A stretch of DNA of 41,802 nt from Kofleriaceae bacterium (GTDB lineage: Bacteria; Myxococcota_A; Polyangia; Haliangiales; Haliangiaceae), in the NCBI GenBank assembly GCA_046597055.1, contig JBKJLC010000007.1:1-41802 (forward strand), in the 5' to 3' direction. Shown here piece by piece: positions 1-12,486 of this stretch (its first letter is position 1; each line of letters opens with the position of its first letter). The position numbers were made by a program, and so were the translations under genes. The notes under the pieces were generated by a model. It saw only the letters and a list, made by a program, of their open reading frames with translations. It ran no database searches and was not told the origin of the DNA.

Positions 1-152
1 TCACTTCTTTCGCTTTGGTTCGAACGCGCTTTCGCTTCGACCCGTGGCGACGCCGGGACCTCGGCTTCGCCGACGGCGAGGCCGGCCGCGCGTGCCCCAG
101 CGTCGCCACGGGTCGAAGCGAAAGCGCGTTCGAACCAAAGCGAAAGAAGTGA
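1..152. repeat. Long inverted repeat: 53-bp perfect stem (1-53 pairs with 100-152), with an internal TCGGC-TTC-GCCGA hairpin at 61-73
   Basis: The reverse complement of 100-152 equals 1-53 base for base. The stem may continue beyond the window edge. Confidence 0.9.
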
Positions 153-304
153 TCAATCCTGAGTTCTGCCCTTCGACACGGCGCCTGCGGCGCCGGCTCA
201 GGGCCACCGGGAAAGGTGAGCGCTTCCGATCACATGAAGACTTGTGATCAATCCCGAGGTCTGCCCTTCGACACGGCGCGCGCGCCGGCTCAGGGCCACC
301 GGGA
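149..304. repeat. Two near-identical ~61-64 bp direct repeats (149-212 and 244-304), REP-like with internal dyad symmetry
   Basis: GTGATCAATCCnGAGnTCTGCCCTTCGACACGGCGC...GCGCCGGCTCAGGGCCACCGGGA occurs twice, downstream of rlmH. Confidence 0.85.
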
Positions 305-338
305 GGGGGACCGCGTTCGACCCCAGGTGAACGGGCGG

Positions 339-770
339 CTACTCGCGGTGGTAGGGCTCGCCGCGGGCGATCTTGTAGGCGCGGTAGAGCTGCTCGAGGA
401 CGAGCACGCGCACGAGGCGGTGGGCGATGGTGAAGCGGCCGAACGAGAGGAGGCGGCGGGCGCGGGCGCGCGCGGGGTCGCCCAGGCCGTCGGCGCCGCC
501 GATGACGAACCAGAGTGGGGCGCCAGCGCCGTGCATCTCGTCGGCGGCGATCACGTCGCGCGCCAGCTCGGCGCTCGACAGGGTCTCACCGCGCTCGTCG
601 AAGGCGTAGACGCGCGCCGCAGGTGGGATCGCGGCGAGCAGCGCGTCGGTGGTCTTGTACTCGACGACGTCGAGCGTGCAGTAGGGGCGGAGGCGCTTGC
701 GATACTCGTCCTCGGCGGCCCGGAGGTAGTCCTCCTTGAGCCGGCCGACCACCGCCACCGTCAGCTTCAC
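339..770 (-). CDS. rlmH: 23S rRNA (pseudouridine1915-N3)-methyltransferase RlmH
   Basis: MKLTVAVVGRLK start, plus DERG, FVIGGADG, LSFGRFT and EQLYRAYKIARGEPYH SPOUT motifs. Overlaps the rsfS stop (GTGA). Confidence 0.95.
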   Translation of the reverse strand: MKLTVAVVGRLKEDYLRAAEDEYRKRLRPYCTLDVVEYKTTDALLAAIPPAARVYAFDERGETLSSAELARDVIAADEMHGAGAPLWFVIGGADGLGDPARARARRLLSFGRFTIAHRLVRVLVLEQLYRAYKIARGEPYHRE

Positions 771-1291
771 GAATAGGCTTCGTCAGCCGCGATCCGCGCG
801 TCGGCCGGGACCTCGATCTCGACCCGGGGCGCGTCGACCCACAGCCCCTCGAGATCGTAGTGCTCGCGCGAGGGGTGGTGAAAGACGTGGACCAGGAAGT
901 CGCCGAAGTCGAGCAGGGCCCAGTGGCCGCCGCGCTTGCCCTCGGTGCTGATCGGGCGGATGCCCTCCGCCTTCATCCCCACCACGATCGCCTCGCTGAT
1001 CGCGTCGACCTGACGGTCGGAGCGACCGCTGACCACCAGCTGGTAGTTGCAGTACGAGCACAGGCCCCGCACGTCGAGCAGCAGCGGCTCGAGGCCCTTC
1101 TTGTCGAGCGCGAACTGCAAGGCGCGCATCGCGCCCTCGAGGCCGGCGTCGTCGGTCCGCGGGGTGGTCGGCGGCTCCTCGCCGTCGCCCCGGGCCCGCT
1201 CCGGTCGCGGATCGCGGTCGGGATCGTCCGCCCGCCGACGTCCTACCTGCTCGCCGCCATCCTTGGCTTCCTTACCGCTCTTGTCGATCAT
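767..1291 (-). CDS. rsfS: Ribosome silencing factor RsfS (Iojap) with a charged N-terminal extension; start uncertain (1291 preferred)
   Basis: ALDKKG..LLLDV, VVSGRSDRQVDAI and EG..GHWALLDFGDFLVHVF...REHYDLEGLW motifs. Canonical neighbour of rlmH. Confidence 0.93.
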   Translation of the reverse strand: MIDKSGKEAKDGGEQVGRRRADDPDRDPRPERARGDGEEPPTTPRTDDAGLEGAMRALQFALDKKGLEPLLLDVRGLCSYCNYQLVVSGRSDRQVDAISEAIVVGMKAEGIRPISTEGKRGGHWALLDFGDFLVHVFHHPSREHYDLEGLWVDAPRVEIEVPADARIAADEAYS

Positions 1292-1313
1292 GCCCGGCCG
1301 TCGTCTTTCTCGG

Positions 1314-2576
<1,263 letters not shown>

Positions 2577-2633
2577 GGGGCGAGTTCCCTGCGCGCGCGA
2601 GCGGCGGAACCCGAGGTAGGGCGGATGCGAGAA

Positions 2634-3746
2634 TCACAATAAGACCAGGTCGTCGCGATGGATGGCTTCGTCGAGGGATCGGTACCCGAGCGTGGCCTCG
2701 ATATCTGACGAATGCAAGCCCCTGATCTTGCGGAGGGACCCGGCGTCGTATGCGGTCAGGCCCCGCGCCAGCTCGATGCCATCGGCGGTGACGATGCTCA
2801 CCAGCTCGCCCGCGTCGAACTCGCCTTCAATGGCCGTGATTCCGCGGGGCAAGAGGCTCTTGCCCTGCTCGACCATGGCCCGCCGGGCGCCGGCATCGAC
2901 CACCACGCGCCCGAGCGGTCGGGCCCCGTACGCGATCCAGTGCTTGCGACGACTGACGAGGTCGGGGCCGGGCAGGAACACGGTGCCGACGTCGGCGCCG
3001 CCGAGGACGTCGATCAGCACCCGCGGGTTGCGGCCGGGACCGACCACCGCCGGGATGCCCAGGCGGGTGACCATCTTGGCCGACTGCACCTTCGACGCCA
3101 TGCCGCCCGATCCGACCCCATCGCCACGGCTGGCGCCCGCGACCGGCGCCGCCTCGCGGTCGACGTCGCGCACGACCGGGATGCGGATGCCGGCCTCGTC
3201 CCAGACCCCGTCGACGTCGGTCAGGATGATGAGCGCGTCGGCCGACACCAGGCTCGACACCAGCGCGGCCAGCTGGTCGTTGTCGCCGAACTTGATCTCC
3301 TCGACCGCGACCGTGTCGTTCTCGTTGATGATCGGCACCACGCCGTGGTCGAGCAGCGCGCGCAGCGTGAGCCGCGCCGACAGGAACCGGCCGCGATCGC
3401 CGAGGTCGTCGTGGGTCAGCAGCACCTGACCGATCAGCAGGTCGTGGGGCGCGAACGCGTGCTGCCAGTGCTGCATGAGGCGGCTCTGGCCGACCGCCGC
3501 GGCGGCCTGGAGGCCGGGCAGGTCGTGGGGACGGGCGGCCAGCCGCAGCGCCTTCACCCCCATCGCGATCGCGCCCGACGACACGACCACGACCTCGACC
3601 CCGCGCTGACGCAGGACCGCGACCTGGTCGGCGATCGCCGCCGGCTGACCGGCCGGGCTCTCGGCCAGCAGCCGGCTGCCGATCTTGACGACCACCCGGC
3701 GCGCGCTGACCAGCAGCGCGCGATCGGCGAGGCCGGGCCCGGTCAC
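2634..3746 (-). CDS. proB: Glutamate 5-kinase with C-terminal PUA domain
   Basis: VVVKIGS, VSSGAI, AAVGQ, PIINENDTV, FGDNDQLAA, GSGGMASK and KSLLPRG motifs. The GTG start overlaps the upstream stop. Confidence 0.96.
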   Translation of the reverse strand: MTGPGLADRALLVSARRVVVKIGSRLLAESPAGQPAAIADQVAVLRQRGVEVVVVSSGAIAMGVKALRLAARPHDLPGLQAAAAVGQSRLMQHWQHAFAPHDLLIGQVLLTHDDLGDRGRFLSARLTLRALLDHGVVPIINENDTVAVEEIKFGDNDQLAALVSSLVSADALIILTDVDGVWDEAGIRIPVVRDVDREAAPVAGASRGDGVGSGGMASKVQSAKMVTRLGIPAVVGPGRNPRVLIDVLGGADVGTVFLPGPDLVSRRKHWIAYGARPLGRVVVDAGARRAMVEQGKSLLPRGITAIEGEFDAGELVSIVTADGIELARGLTAYDAGSLRKIRGLHSSDIEATLGYRSLDEAIHRDDLVLL

Positions 3747-4546
3747 TTCGGCTCCGCGGGCTTGTCCGCGGTCACGGCGCGCCAGCGCCCGTCGAACTTC
3801 TCGATCGCGTCGTCGAGGTACGGGTTGACCTCGGCGGTGAGCTGCAGCTCGACCGCGGCGATCGTCCGCGCGAAGAAGCCATCGGTATCGGCCAGCTCGG
3901 CCTCGACGATCGCGTCGATCTCGTCGACCGCCTCGGCCTCCTGGACCTCGGCTTCGCGGCCGCGGTCGAGCAGGCGGCGCAGCCGGCCGCCCGAGGCGCG
4001 GTCGGCGAGCGCGAGCGGGGCCCGCGCGATCGTGCGGGCGGCGGTGAGCGCGCCGCGGCGGAACGGCTCGAACGACAGGCCGCCCGGGGTCTCGTCCAGC
4101 GCGCGGTCGATCGCCTCGCGCAGCTGCAGCGCGCGGGCGCCGTCGAGGCCGAGGCCGGTGTGGTTGCGCGCGCAGTAGTGATCGAAGATCGTGAGCGCCG
4201 CGAAGCTGCGCGCGGCGGCCTGGGCGCGACGGACCACGGTCAGCGCCAGCATCAAGCGGCGGACGCTCTGGGTCGCCACCCGGGTCGCCAGCGCGCCCAT
4301 CGTGATGTCGGCCCACTTGGCCGGCTGCGACTTGCCGTGGACGAGGTTGCGCACCGCGGTCTGGTCGAGGTCGATCTGGTAGTCGGCGGCGATCCGCCGG
4401 TACGCGCCGCCGAGCACCGCCTCGAGCAGGTAGTTGTCGAGGAATGGCACCGGCACCAGGCCGACCGCCGAGGTCGCGATCGCGCGGGCCAGCGCCAGCC
4501 GCCGGTGCGGATTGAGGTAGTCGCGGCGGACGGTGATCGCGGTCAT
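3743..4546 (-). CDS. Hypothetical helical protein with a GLVPVPFLD motif (DUF697-like N-terminal part)
   Basis: ATG at 4546 overlaps the upstream stop (ATGA), and its own stop overlaps the proB start. Protein-like composition. Confidence 0.75.
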   Translation of the reverse strand: MTAITVRRDYLNPHRRLALARAIATSAVGLVPVPFLDNYLLEAVLGGAYRRIAADYQIDLDQTAVRNLVHGKSQPAKWADITMGALATRVATQSVRRLMLALTVVRRAQAAARSFAALTIFDHYCARNHTGLGLDGARALQLREAIDRALDETPGGLSFEPFRRGALTAARTIARAPLALADRASGGRLRRLLDRGREAEVQEAEAVDEIDAIVEAELADTDGFFARTIAAVELQLTAEVNPYLDDAIEKFDGRWRAVTADKPAEPK

Positions 4547-5562
4547 GGCTTGCTCGGGGCGTCGGCCGGGGCCGGCGCGGTCGGGGCCGGGGCCGGCGCG
4601 GTCGGGGCCGCCGGCACGGTGATCGGTTGGCCCTTGCCGACCGGCGGGGCGATGCCCTGCAGGAGGAAGTTGCGCTCGTCGACCTCGCGGCGGCGCTCGG
4701 GCGTCGCCACCACGACGTCGTCGGCGGGCGCCGCGATCGCCGGCGCCGGGGTCAGCGTGACCACCTGCGTGACCGACAGCCGCATGGTCAGGCGCTTGCC
4801 CTCGCGCACGAACGCGATCGCGGCGTCGAGCCGGCCGCGCAGCGGCGTGGCGGTCTGCTCGTCGAGCACGACCTCGCCGGTGAGCTCCTCGACGATCGCG
4901 CCGTCGCGCCAGTCGCGCTGCGCCAGCGCCTGCTTCGGCGCCGGGCGCGCCGAGGGCGCGCGCTTGAGCTCGAGCCGGCGACCGCCGCGCCCGGCCTCGG
5001 TGGCGGCGCCTTTGTCGCTGATCTCGGCGCCGTGGGCGACCAGCTCGAAGTCGGCGGCGAGCACGGAGACCAGCTGGTCGCGGGTGGTGGCCGGCTCCTC
5101 GAGCGTCTCGGGCGCGCGCTGGTGCCAGCGCGCATAGCGCGGGCGCAGGTACAGCGTGGTCGTCGGCGCCAGGTAGATGACCTCGCGGCCGTAGTCGGCG
5201 GTGTTGGCGTAGGTTGCGTGGTAGCTGCCATCGGCGGCGCTCACCAGGGTCGTGGTCTCGCCGAGCGTCTCCAGCACGGTGGTGCCCTCGCGGACCTCGA
5301 GCTTGTGCTCGATGGTGACCGTGTGCTCGCCGAGCGCGGTGGCCACCGTGGACCACGGCTGGGCCAGGGCGCGCGCCAGCTCGGCGCTGTCACGGCTGGC
5401 CGGTCCGATGTCGATCTTCGCGACCTTGGCGGCCGGGGTGGTGACCAGCCCGGCGAGGTCCTCGTCGCGGGTGCCGCCCCCGCCCCGACAGCCCGCGACC
5501 ACGGCGGTGCCTGCGATCGCCATCGCGATCGCGCGCACGTACCGGTCGGGCCGAGACGACAT
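4543..5562 (-). CDS. Hypothetical lipoprotein, beta-rich (possibly LolA/LppX-like fold), with a Pro/Ala tail
   Basis: Signal peptide with lipobox VVAGC. A 21-bp tandem repeat at 4565-4606 encodes the APAPTAP tail. Confidence 0.78.
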   Translation of the reverse strand: MSSRPDRYVRAIAMAIAGTAVVAGCRGGGGTRDEDLAGLVTTPAAKVAKIDIGPASRDSAELARALAQPWSTVATALGEHTVTIEHKLEVREGTTVLETLGETTTLVSAADGSYHATYANTADYGREVIYLAPTTTLYLRPRYARWHQRAPETLEEPATTRDQLVSVLAADFELVAHGAEISDKGAATEAGRGGRRLELKRAPSARPAPKQALAQRDWRDGAIVEELTGEVVLDEQTATPLRGRLDAAIAFVREGKRLTMRLSVTQVVTLTPAPAIAAPADDVVVATPERRREVDERNFLLQGIAPPVGKGQPITVPAAPTAPAPAPTAPAPADAPSKP

Positions 5563-5628
5563 CTGACCGTTGATAGCGTCCGGGGGGCCGGGGGTCAACC
5601 ACGGCCACGCCGTGCTAGCGTCACCACG

Positions 5629-6748
<1,120 letters not shown>

Positions 6749-6762
<14 letters not shown>

Positions 6763-8143
6763 CCGTCGCGGTCATCGGCGGTGCGACCGCCCCGGGCGGC
6801 GGGGCCCGGCCGATCGGCGGGCCCACGCACGAGGCGATGTCGAAGATCATGAAGGCCAGGACCTTCTCCTGATTGGTCAGCCCCGACGTGGTGCAGCCGG
6901 CCGGGAAGCGCAGGTTCGTGTTGGAGTCGTCGCCGGTCGACACGTGGATGTCGGAGAACACGACCTTGCCGCAGCGCGAGACCGGGTCGACCGTCAGGGG
7001 CGTGGTGAACTGGAAGTACTGCACCGACGACCGGTTGTTGGCGGTCTGGTCCTTGTAGATCCACTTCTCGGCCAGGCGCTCGTCGACCGCCTCGACGGTG
7101 TGCTGGGTGTCGGTCAACGCGATGCGGCCGCGCATGGTCGAGGCCATCACGTTGACCAGCCAGTCGGCCAGGTCGGCGCCCTTGGCAAACCCGGTGTTGA
7201 CGTCGACGGTGACGTTGCCGAGGTCGCTCAGGTGATTGGGCGTGAGCACGGTCGGCCACAGGGTGGCCACGGGCGCCTCCTCGATCCAGACGTTGTGCCA
7301 GTGCGACATGAACACCCGACCGCCGACGTCGGTGTAGTCGGACATGGCCTGGCGCGCGGGGACCGGCTTGGTGTCCCGGTTCGGGCCGGCCTCGCACGAC
7401 AGGAAGCTGACGTCGTACGGCGTCAGGTGCGCGGTCGTATCCCACAGGGTCTGCGCGTCGGCGAAGGCGGCGCCTCCGTTCAGGGTCGGCGCGAACCGCG
7501 GCGTGCCGCCGGTGCCGGCGTACAGATGCACGCGGCCGGGCCCGCCGGCCGAGGTGAACTCGCTGTCGTCGAGGCCGATCTTGCGCAGCAGGCACTCGAG
7601 CGCATCGGCGCCGCCGGTGGTGAGCGCCATCTGCGGGATGTCACCCTCGCTGCGATTCTTCGGCAGGCGGGTCTGCTCGCTGGTGAGCGGCGTCTCGACG
7701 CACGACGGCACCGCCGGCACGACGATCTGGCGGCGCCACTTGCCGACCTGGATCACCAGCGGCACGTCGCTGGTCGCCGGCACGTTCTCCAGCCGGAACT
7801 CGCCACGGGTGTCGGTGGTCGTGATCGCGATCGGATTGCCCGAGGGCGCCTGCCCGCAGCGATCGCAGGTGGCGCCCGCCGGCAGCGGCGCGACCGGATC
7901 ACGCGGCACGTAGACGGTGACGTTGTAGAGAGGGAGGTTGCCGTTGGGGGCGAAGACCTTCCCGGTCAGCGTGGTCGAGACGCCGCCGGTGCAGCTCACG
8001 ACCGCGCACTCGAGCCCCACACAGGCGTCGACCGCGGTCCCGCTGCCGCCATCGCCGTCGCCGCCGCCACCCCCGCTGTCATCGCCACAGCCTGCGACCA
8101 CCACACTGACCAGCACCGCAGCGCACAGCCTGGAGGCGCGCAT
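6749..8143 (-). CDS. Myxobacterial lipoprotein with a carboxypeptidase-regulatory-like (CarboxypepD_reg) N-terminal domain
   Basis: Lipobox VVAGC; TLTGKVFAPNGNLPLYNVTVYVP, QVGKWRR, TGGADALECLLRKIG, GGRVFMSHWH and CGKVVFSDIHV motifs. AAGGAG RBS upstream. Confidence 0.85.
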
Positions 8144-8176
8144 ATTGAGGCTCCTTGGTTGGGAACCTCGATGCTA

Positions 8177-9136
8177 TCAGGCTTGCTGCGAAAGCACGCG
8201 GATCATCGCCGCGCTCACCGCCCGCGCGTGATCGATCGCGTCGGGTGGCAGCGTCACACCACCGACGGCTGCGTGGCCGCCACCACCATGCGCTTCACAC
8301 AAGGCGCCCAGGTCGTGTCGCCGCTCACCACCGCCCCACGGGTTGTGCCCGACGCCGATCTTCATGGCAGTCGGCGAACGCGCGAGCGTGACCGTGTACG
8401 TGCAGTCCGGAAACAGCTCGTAGCCGGAGAACCCGGGGGGCGGCAGGTCGGTCGCGAGCAGGTCGAACACGACGACGTCCCCGAGCGAGCGGGCCAGCGC
8501 GCGCCAACCCGCGCGGTGCGCCTCGCGGTGGGCGAGCGCACCGGTCAGCACCGGCCGGATCCACGGCGCCTCGGCCAGCTCGGCCAGCGGCGTGGTGGTG
8601 AGCGCCTCGATGTAGCGCGCGGTCGCCGCTGGGTCACGGTTCTCGCTCAGCCACAGCGCCAGGCGCTGGGCCGGGGCGTCGATCCGACACGCCTCGGTCG
8701 CGCTCGGGTACGCGGCGGCGTCGATGATGTCCGCCCACCGGACGAGCTCGCTCAGGTGCGCCGGCGGCGTCCAGCCGAACCGCGCGGTGAGTGACCGCGC
8801 GATCAGGCCGCAACACGACGGTGCGCTCGGGTCGAACACCATCTGGTCGCCGACCCGGGCGTCGAAGTCGGCGCGCAGGCTGGGCGGCTGGAACGCGGTC
8901 GGATGATGATCGAACCACCACCGCAGCGCCGGATGGGCGACGTAGCGGAAGTCGACGCAGGCGTTGTCGTCACCGTCGATCGCGACGTCCGAGAACGGAT
9001 CTCCCAGCCGGTGCTGCATGCCGACCGGCGCCAGGCGCACGTCCGCGGTGCGGGCCCGGTAGAACGCACCGAACAGCGCCGCCGACGCGGTGCCGTCGAA
9101 GCACGCGTCGTGGAAGAAGATCTTGAGGACGGTCAA
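8177..9136 (-). CDS. DHH-family phosphoesterase (DHH/DHHA1)
   Basis: IFFHDACFDG, CVDF, WWFDHH and C-terminal GGGGHAAVG motifs. A probable TTG start overlaps the upstream TGA. Confidence 0.88.
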   Translation of the reverse strand: MTVLKIFFHDACFDGTASAALFGAFYRARTADVRLAPVGMQHRLGDPFSDVAIDGDDNACVDFRYVAHPALRWWFDHHPTAFQPPSLRADFDARVGDQMVFDPSAPSCCGLIARSLTARFGWTPPAHLSELVRWADIIDAAAYPSATEACRIDAPAQRLALWLSENRDPAATARYIEALTTTPLAELAEAPWIRPVLTGALAHREAHRAGWRALARSLGDVVVFDLLATDLPPPGFSGYELFPDCTYTVTLARSPTAMKIGVGHNPWGGGERRHDLGALCEAHGGGGHAAVGGVTLPPDAIDHARAVSAAMIRVLSQQA

Positions 9137-11337
9137 TCGATGAGCGCCTGGCCGGCCGGTCGGTCGAGCCCGGCCGTCTCGCTGTTGTAATGCCGACCGA
9201 CCGGACCGCCCGGGCAGCCCCACGCGACGCTGTAGCTGTGGACGATCGGCGTGGACTCGCGGTCGTTCGAGATCATCCTGATGATGAGGAGCAGGTAGCG
9301 GCTCTGCGGCACCGGGCCCGGGGCGATCGTCAGGTTGGCCGGCGACATCAGCCAGGGCCCGTAGAGCTGGGCCTGGTTCAAGGTCCCCAGGTCGTTGCCG
9401 GCACGGACGTAGATCTCGACCTCGGTACCCGGCGGCTCGGTCGACGCCCAGTTGACCCCGGTCCAGGTCGCCAGATCGTTGCTGCCCGGGCAGCCCTGGA
9501 TCGGCACCACGTACTCGCCGCTGGGACGGGTGACCGTGCGCAGGCCGAGGCCGGTGAAGTCGGAGTAGGTGTACGGGTTGGGGCCGGTCGGGAAGGTGTC
9601 GACCATGTTGCCGGTGGTCGCGTGGGGCGCCGGGTTGCCCGAGACCGGGTCGATGTGGAGGCGGCTGGTGGTGCCGGGCGAGGCCTGGTTGACCGCCCAC
9701 ACGTCGCCGTCGAAGTCGACGCCGACCCCGATCGCGGTGTTACCGCCGAGGTCGTAGACGCCGGTCGAGGTCGCCGAGGTGGCGTTGATGCGCGCGATCC
9801 GCGAGTTGGCGCCGCCGTGCATCGCGGCCCACACGTTGCCGCGGGTGTCGATGCCGACGCCGCGGGTGATCCAGCCCGACGAGTTCGGGATGTTCACCGT
9901 GGTCCAGGTCCCGTTGGCGCCGGCGGCCGGATCGTAGCGATCGACGCGGGGACCGGTGTACGAGCCGACCCAGACGCGATCCATCAGGTCGACCGCGATG
10001 CCGTAGGCGCCGCCGGGCGAGGTCGCCGCGACCCGGGTCACCGGCGCCGGGTTGCTGCCGGTGTCGATGCGCAGCAGCGACTGCGGGCCGCAGCAGCCGC
10101 CGATCGACCACAGCCGACCCTGGCTGTCGATCGCCGCGCCGTAGGGCTGGATGGCAGACGAGCTCGCGGTCGCGGCCTGCAGCGTGCCGGTCGCCGGCAC
10201 CCGCTGCATCAGCGAGCCGTCGACGCCGCTGATCTGATAGAAGGCCTGCTCGGTGTACATGCCGACCCAGACGTTGCCCGGGTTGCGCTGACCCTCGACG
10301 GTGACGCCGGCGTCGATCGCGAGCGCGCGCGCCTGGAACGTGTTCTGGGTGCCGACCGCGACCGTCATCGCGATGCACTCGTCGGCCTCGCCGAAGAACT
10401 CGGCCGGGTTGGTGATCGTGATGCGGCCGTCGTTGTCGACGTCGCGCGAGGTGTCGATCGTCAGGTTGCCGTTGCGATCGGTGCAGTCGTCGACGTCGTT
10501 CAGGATCTTGGTGATCGTGGGCTGGGTGCCGGGCGCCCGGTTGGCGACCCAGACGTCGCCGTAGAAGTCGACCGCGGTCCGCGACGGCCGGTGCAGCTGG
10601 GCGGTCGGGCTCCACGCCGCGAACGGGCGACCGGCGGCGTGGTCGACGACGCGGGCGTGGGTGACCGACGCGTAGCGCGCGATCTCGCGGCCGGTGCGGG
10701 TGTCGATCTTGGTGACGGTGCCCTCCGGGTCGTTGGCGATCCAGAGGTAGTGGTTCTCGATCGTCGAGCTGTCGAGGACCAGGTCGCCGTTGGGATCGGT
10801 GCTGACGCCGTCGCACTCGATCGCCGGGTTCTGCTCCATGCACGGGAACGGCTCGGCGTCGACGCCGGTGTCGTCGCAGCCGGGCAGGCAGTTGCCGCAG
10901 GTCGACATGACGCCTTCGTCGGTGGTGCCGTCGCAGTCGTCGTCGCTGTCGTTGCAGACCTCGTCCTGCGGGGTGACCTGGCCGACGCACGCGTCCCACA
11001 GGTTCGCCGCCGAGTTGCAGCTGCGCAGCCCGCGCTGACAGGGCGCGGTGCCCGACAGCCCGGCCGGGCCCTCGAAGCACGAGATCGGCGCGACGTCGAT
11101 CGCGGGGTCACACGGACAGCCCGCGTAGATGCCGGCGGCGCAGCAGTCGTCGTGAAGGCCAGGGTTGTTGTCGTCGCAGTCGGCGCCGGCCGGGCACCCG
11201 GGACCGTAGTGATCGCCATCGACGTCAGTGCCGTTGGTGCACGCCGGTGCGCCGGAGCTGCCGTTGCACGAACAGCCGGGCGCGAGTGCAAGGCCGATAC
11301 TCAGCGCCACCAGGGCGATCACGTGGAGATGCCGCAT
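9133..11337 (-). CDS. Secreted lipoprotein: Cys/Asp-rich repeats followed by a Vgb-like beta-propeller and a C-terminal beta-sandwich
   Basis: Lipobox LAPGC; DVDGDHYG..C...DCDDNNP and EVCNDSDDDCDGTTDEG repeats; repeated A[IV]DxxGxVW blades; YTYSDFTG. GGAGGG RBS upstream. Confidence 0.85.
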   Translation of the reverse strand: MRHLHVIALVALSIGLALAPGCSCNGSSGAPACTNGTDVDGDHYGPGCPAGADCDDNNPGLHDDCCAAGIYAGCPCDPAIDVAPISCFEGPAGLSGTAPCQRGLRSCNSAANLWDACVGQVTPQDEVCNDSDDDCDGTTDEGVMSTCGNCLPGCDDTGVDAEPFPCMEQNPAIECDGVSTDPNGDLVLDSSTIENHYLWIANDPEGTVTKIDTRTGREIARYASVTHARVVDHAAGRPFAAWSPTAQLHRPSRTAVDFYGDVWVANRAPGTQPTITKILNDVDDCTDRNGNLTIDTSRDVDNDGRITITNPAEFFGEADECIAMTVAVGTQNTFQARALAIDAGVTVEGQRNPGNVWVGMYTEQAFYQISGVDGSLMQRVPATGTLQAATASSSAIQPYGAAIDSQGRLWSIGGCCGPQSLLRIDTGSNPAPVTRVAATSPGGAYGIAVDLMDRVWVGSYTGPRVDRYDPAAGANGTWTTVNIPNSSGWITRGVGIDTRGNVWAAMHGGANSRIARINATSATSTGVYDLGGNTAIGVGVDFDGDVWAVNQASPGTTSRLHIDPVSGNPAPHATTGNMVDTFPTGPNPYTYSDFTGLGLRTVTRPSGEYVVPIQGCPGSNDLATWTGVNWASTEPPGTEVEIYVRAGNDLGTLNQAQLYGPWLMSPANLTIAPGPVPQSRYLLLIIRMISNDRESTPIVHSYSVAWGCPGGPVGRHYNSETAGLDRPAGQALID

Positions 11338-11494
11338 GGAAAGTTCCCTCCGCCGCGGGATCACCGCAGCGTCGGCATTCTATCGGGCTGGCGTGGAACA
11401 TCGCCAGCATGGAAGTTGGCGTCGTCGACGGTGAGGTGGTCAGGCCACGCCGTTCGACCTACCTGCCGACCAGAAGCGTACGGACCGGGTTCCA

Positions 11495-12050
11495 TCCGCC
11501 GCGACGCCCGCGGTCGCCCGCGCCGACGACGTCAGCTACGCCCTCGTGGTCGGGTCCAACCCCGGCGGGCCCGGCCAGGACACCCTGTCCTGGGCCGAGG
11601 ACGACGCGGTCGAGGTCGCGACCGTGCTGCGCGAGCTCGGCGGCTACCCGCGGGCCAACGTCCGGGTCCTGACCCGGCCCAGCCCCGTTCAGCTGATGGC
11701 GGCCGTGACCACGCTCGAGCGCGACCTCGCCGCCCAGGTCGCGGCCGGCCACCGGGTGAAGCTGTTCTTCTACTACTCCGGGCACGCCCGGGCCTCGGCC
11801 CTGTCGCTCGGGCTGCCGAGCTGCCGCTGACCAAGCTGCGCGCCCGGCTGTTCGCGGTGCCCGCGACGCTGACGGTGCTCGTGCTCGACGCCTGCCAGCG
11901 CGGGGCCTTCTCGCGGGTGAAGGGGGGCGAGCCGGCCGCCGACTTCTCGTTCAACGCGCGCGCGCGGCTCGATGCCAGCGGGGTGGCGGTGCTGGCCTCG
12001 TCGACCGGCAGCGAGCTGTCGCAGGAGTCGGACGTCCTGCGGTCATCGTC
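11495..12050 (+). pseudogene. Frameshifted, truncated caspase-family (C14) peptidase
   Basis: YALVVGSN..L.WAEDDA..FFYYSGH in one frame and VLVLDAC..LASS..E.SQES in another. Frameshift near 11810, no in-frame start, and homology appears to end near 12048. Confidence 0.8.
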
Positions 12051-12068
12051 CGGTCTCCGGACAGTCAG

Positions 12069-12461
12069 ACCCCGGCCGGGCCGGTCGCGCGCTGGAAGGG
12101 CGGGGCGCTGGTGCTGACGCTGGTCCGCGAGCGCGACGGCGCGATCGGGTTCGTGCCGGCGACCTCGGCGGAGGTGCGACCCGATGATCGCTGGAAGGTC
12201 CAGGTGACCTGTCCGCCCGCGCAGATGGCGTGGATCGACGTCGCGGTCTACCAGGCCGGGCAACCGCCGGGCTTCCCGCTGCCGGCCCAGCCGGTCGCCT
12301 GTGGCAACGACGTCGTGCTGCCCGGGGCGTTCCGCATCACCGACGGCGCGGCGACCGTGTGCGTCGCGGTCGGCGACACTGCGCCGGACCGCGCGCAGCT
12401 CGCGACCGGGCCGACCCGGGCGATGGCGTGCGTGGCGCTGCCCGCGCCAGCGCGGCGCTGA
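12069..12461 (+). pseudogene. Remnant C-terminal domain of a myxobacterial anti-sigma/ActD-like protein (5' part missing)
   Basis: The frame reads VARWKGGALVLTLVRERDG..VRPDDRWKVQVTC. The RxKG motif usually follows a TM segment, which is absent here. Confidence 0.55.
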
Positions 12462-12486
12462 CCGAGGTCACCAGCGCGGGAAGGCC

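Noticed and set aside
149..304. Tandem repeats as a CRISPR array
   Set aside because: Only two ~60-bp units, too long for CRISPR repeats, and no cas genes in the window.
11780..11830. Programmed ribosomal frameshift in the caspase-like gene
   Set aside because: No slippery sequence is visible, and the gene also lacks its start and its C-terminal half, so decay is the simpler explanation.
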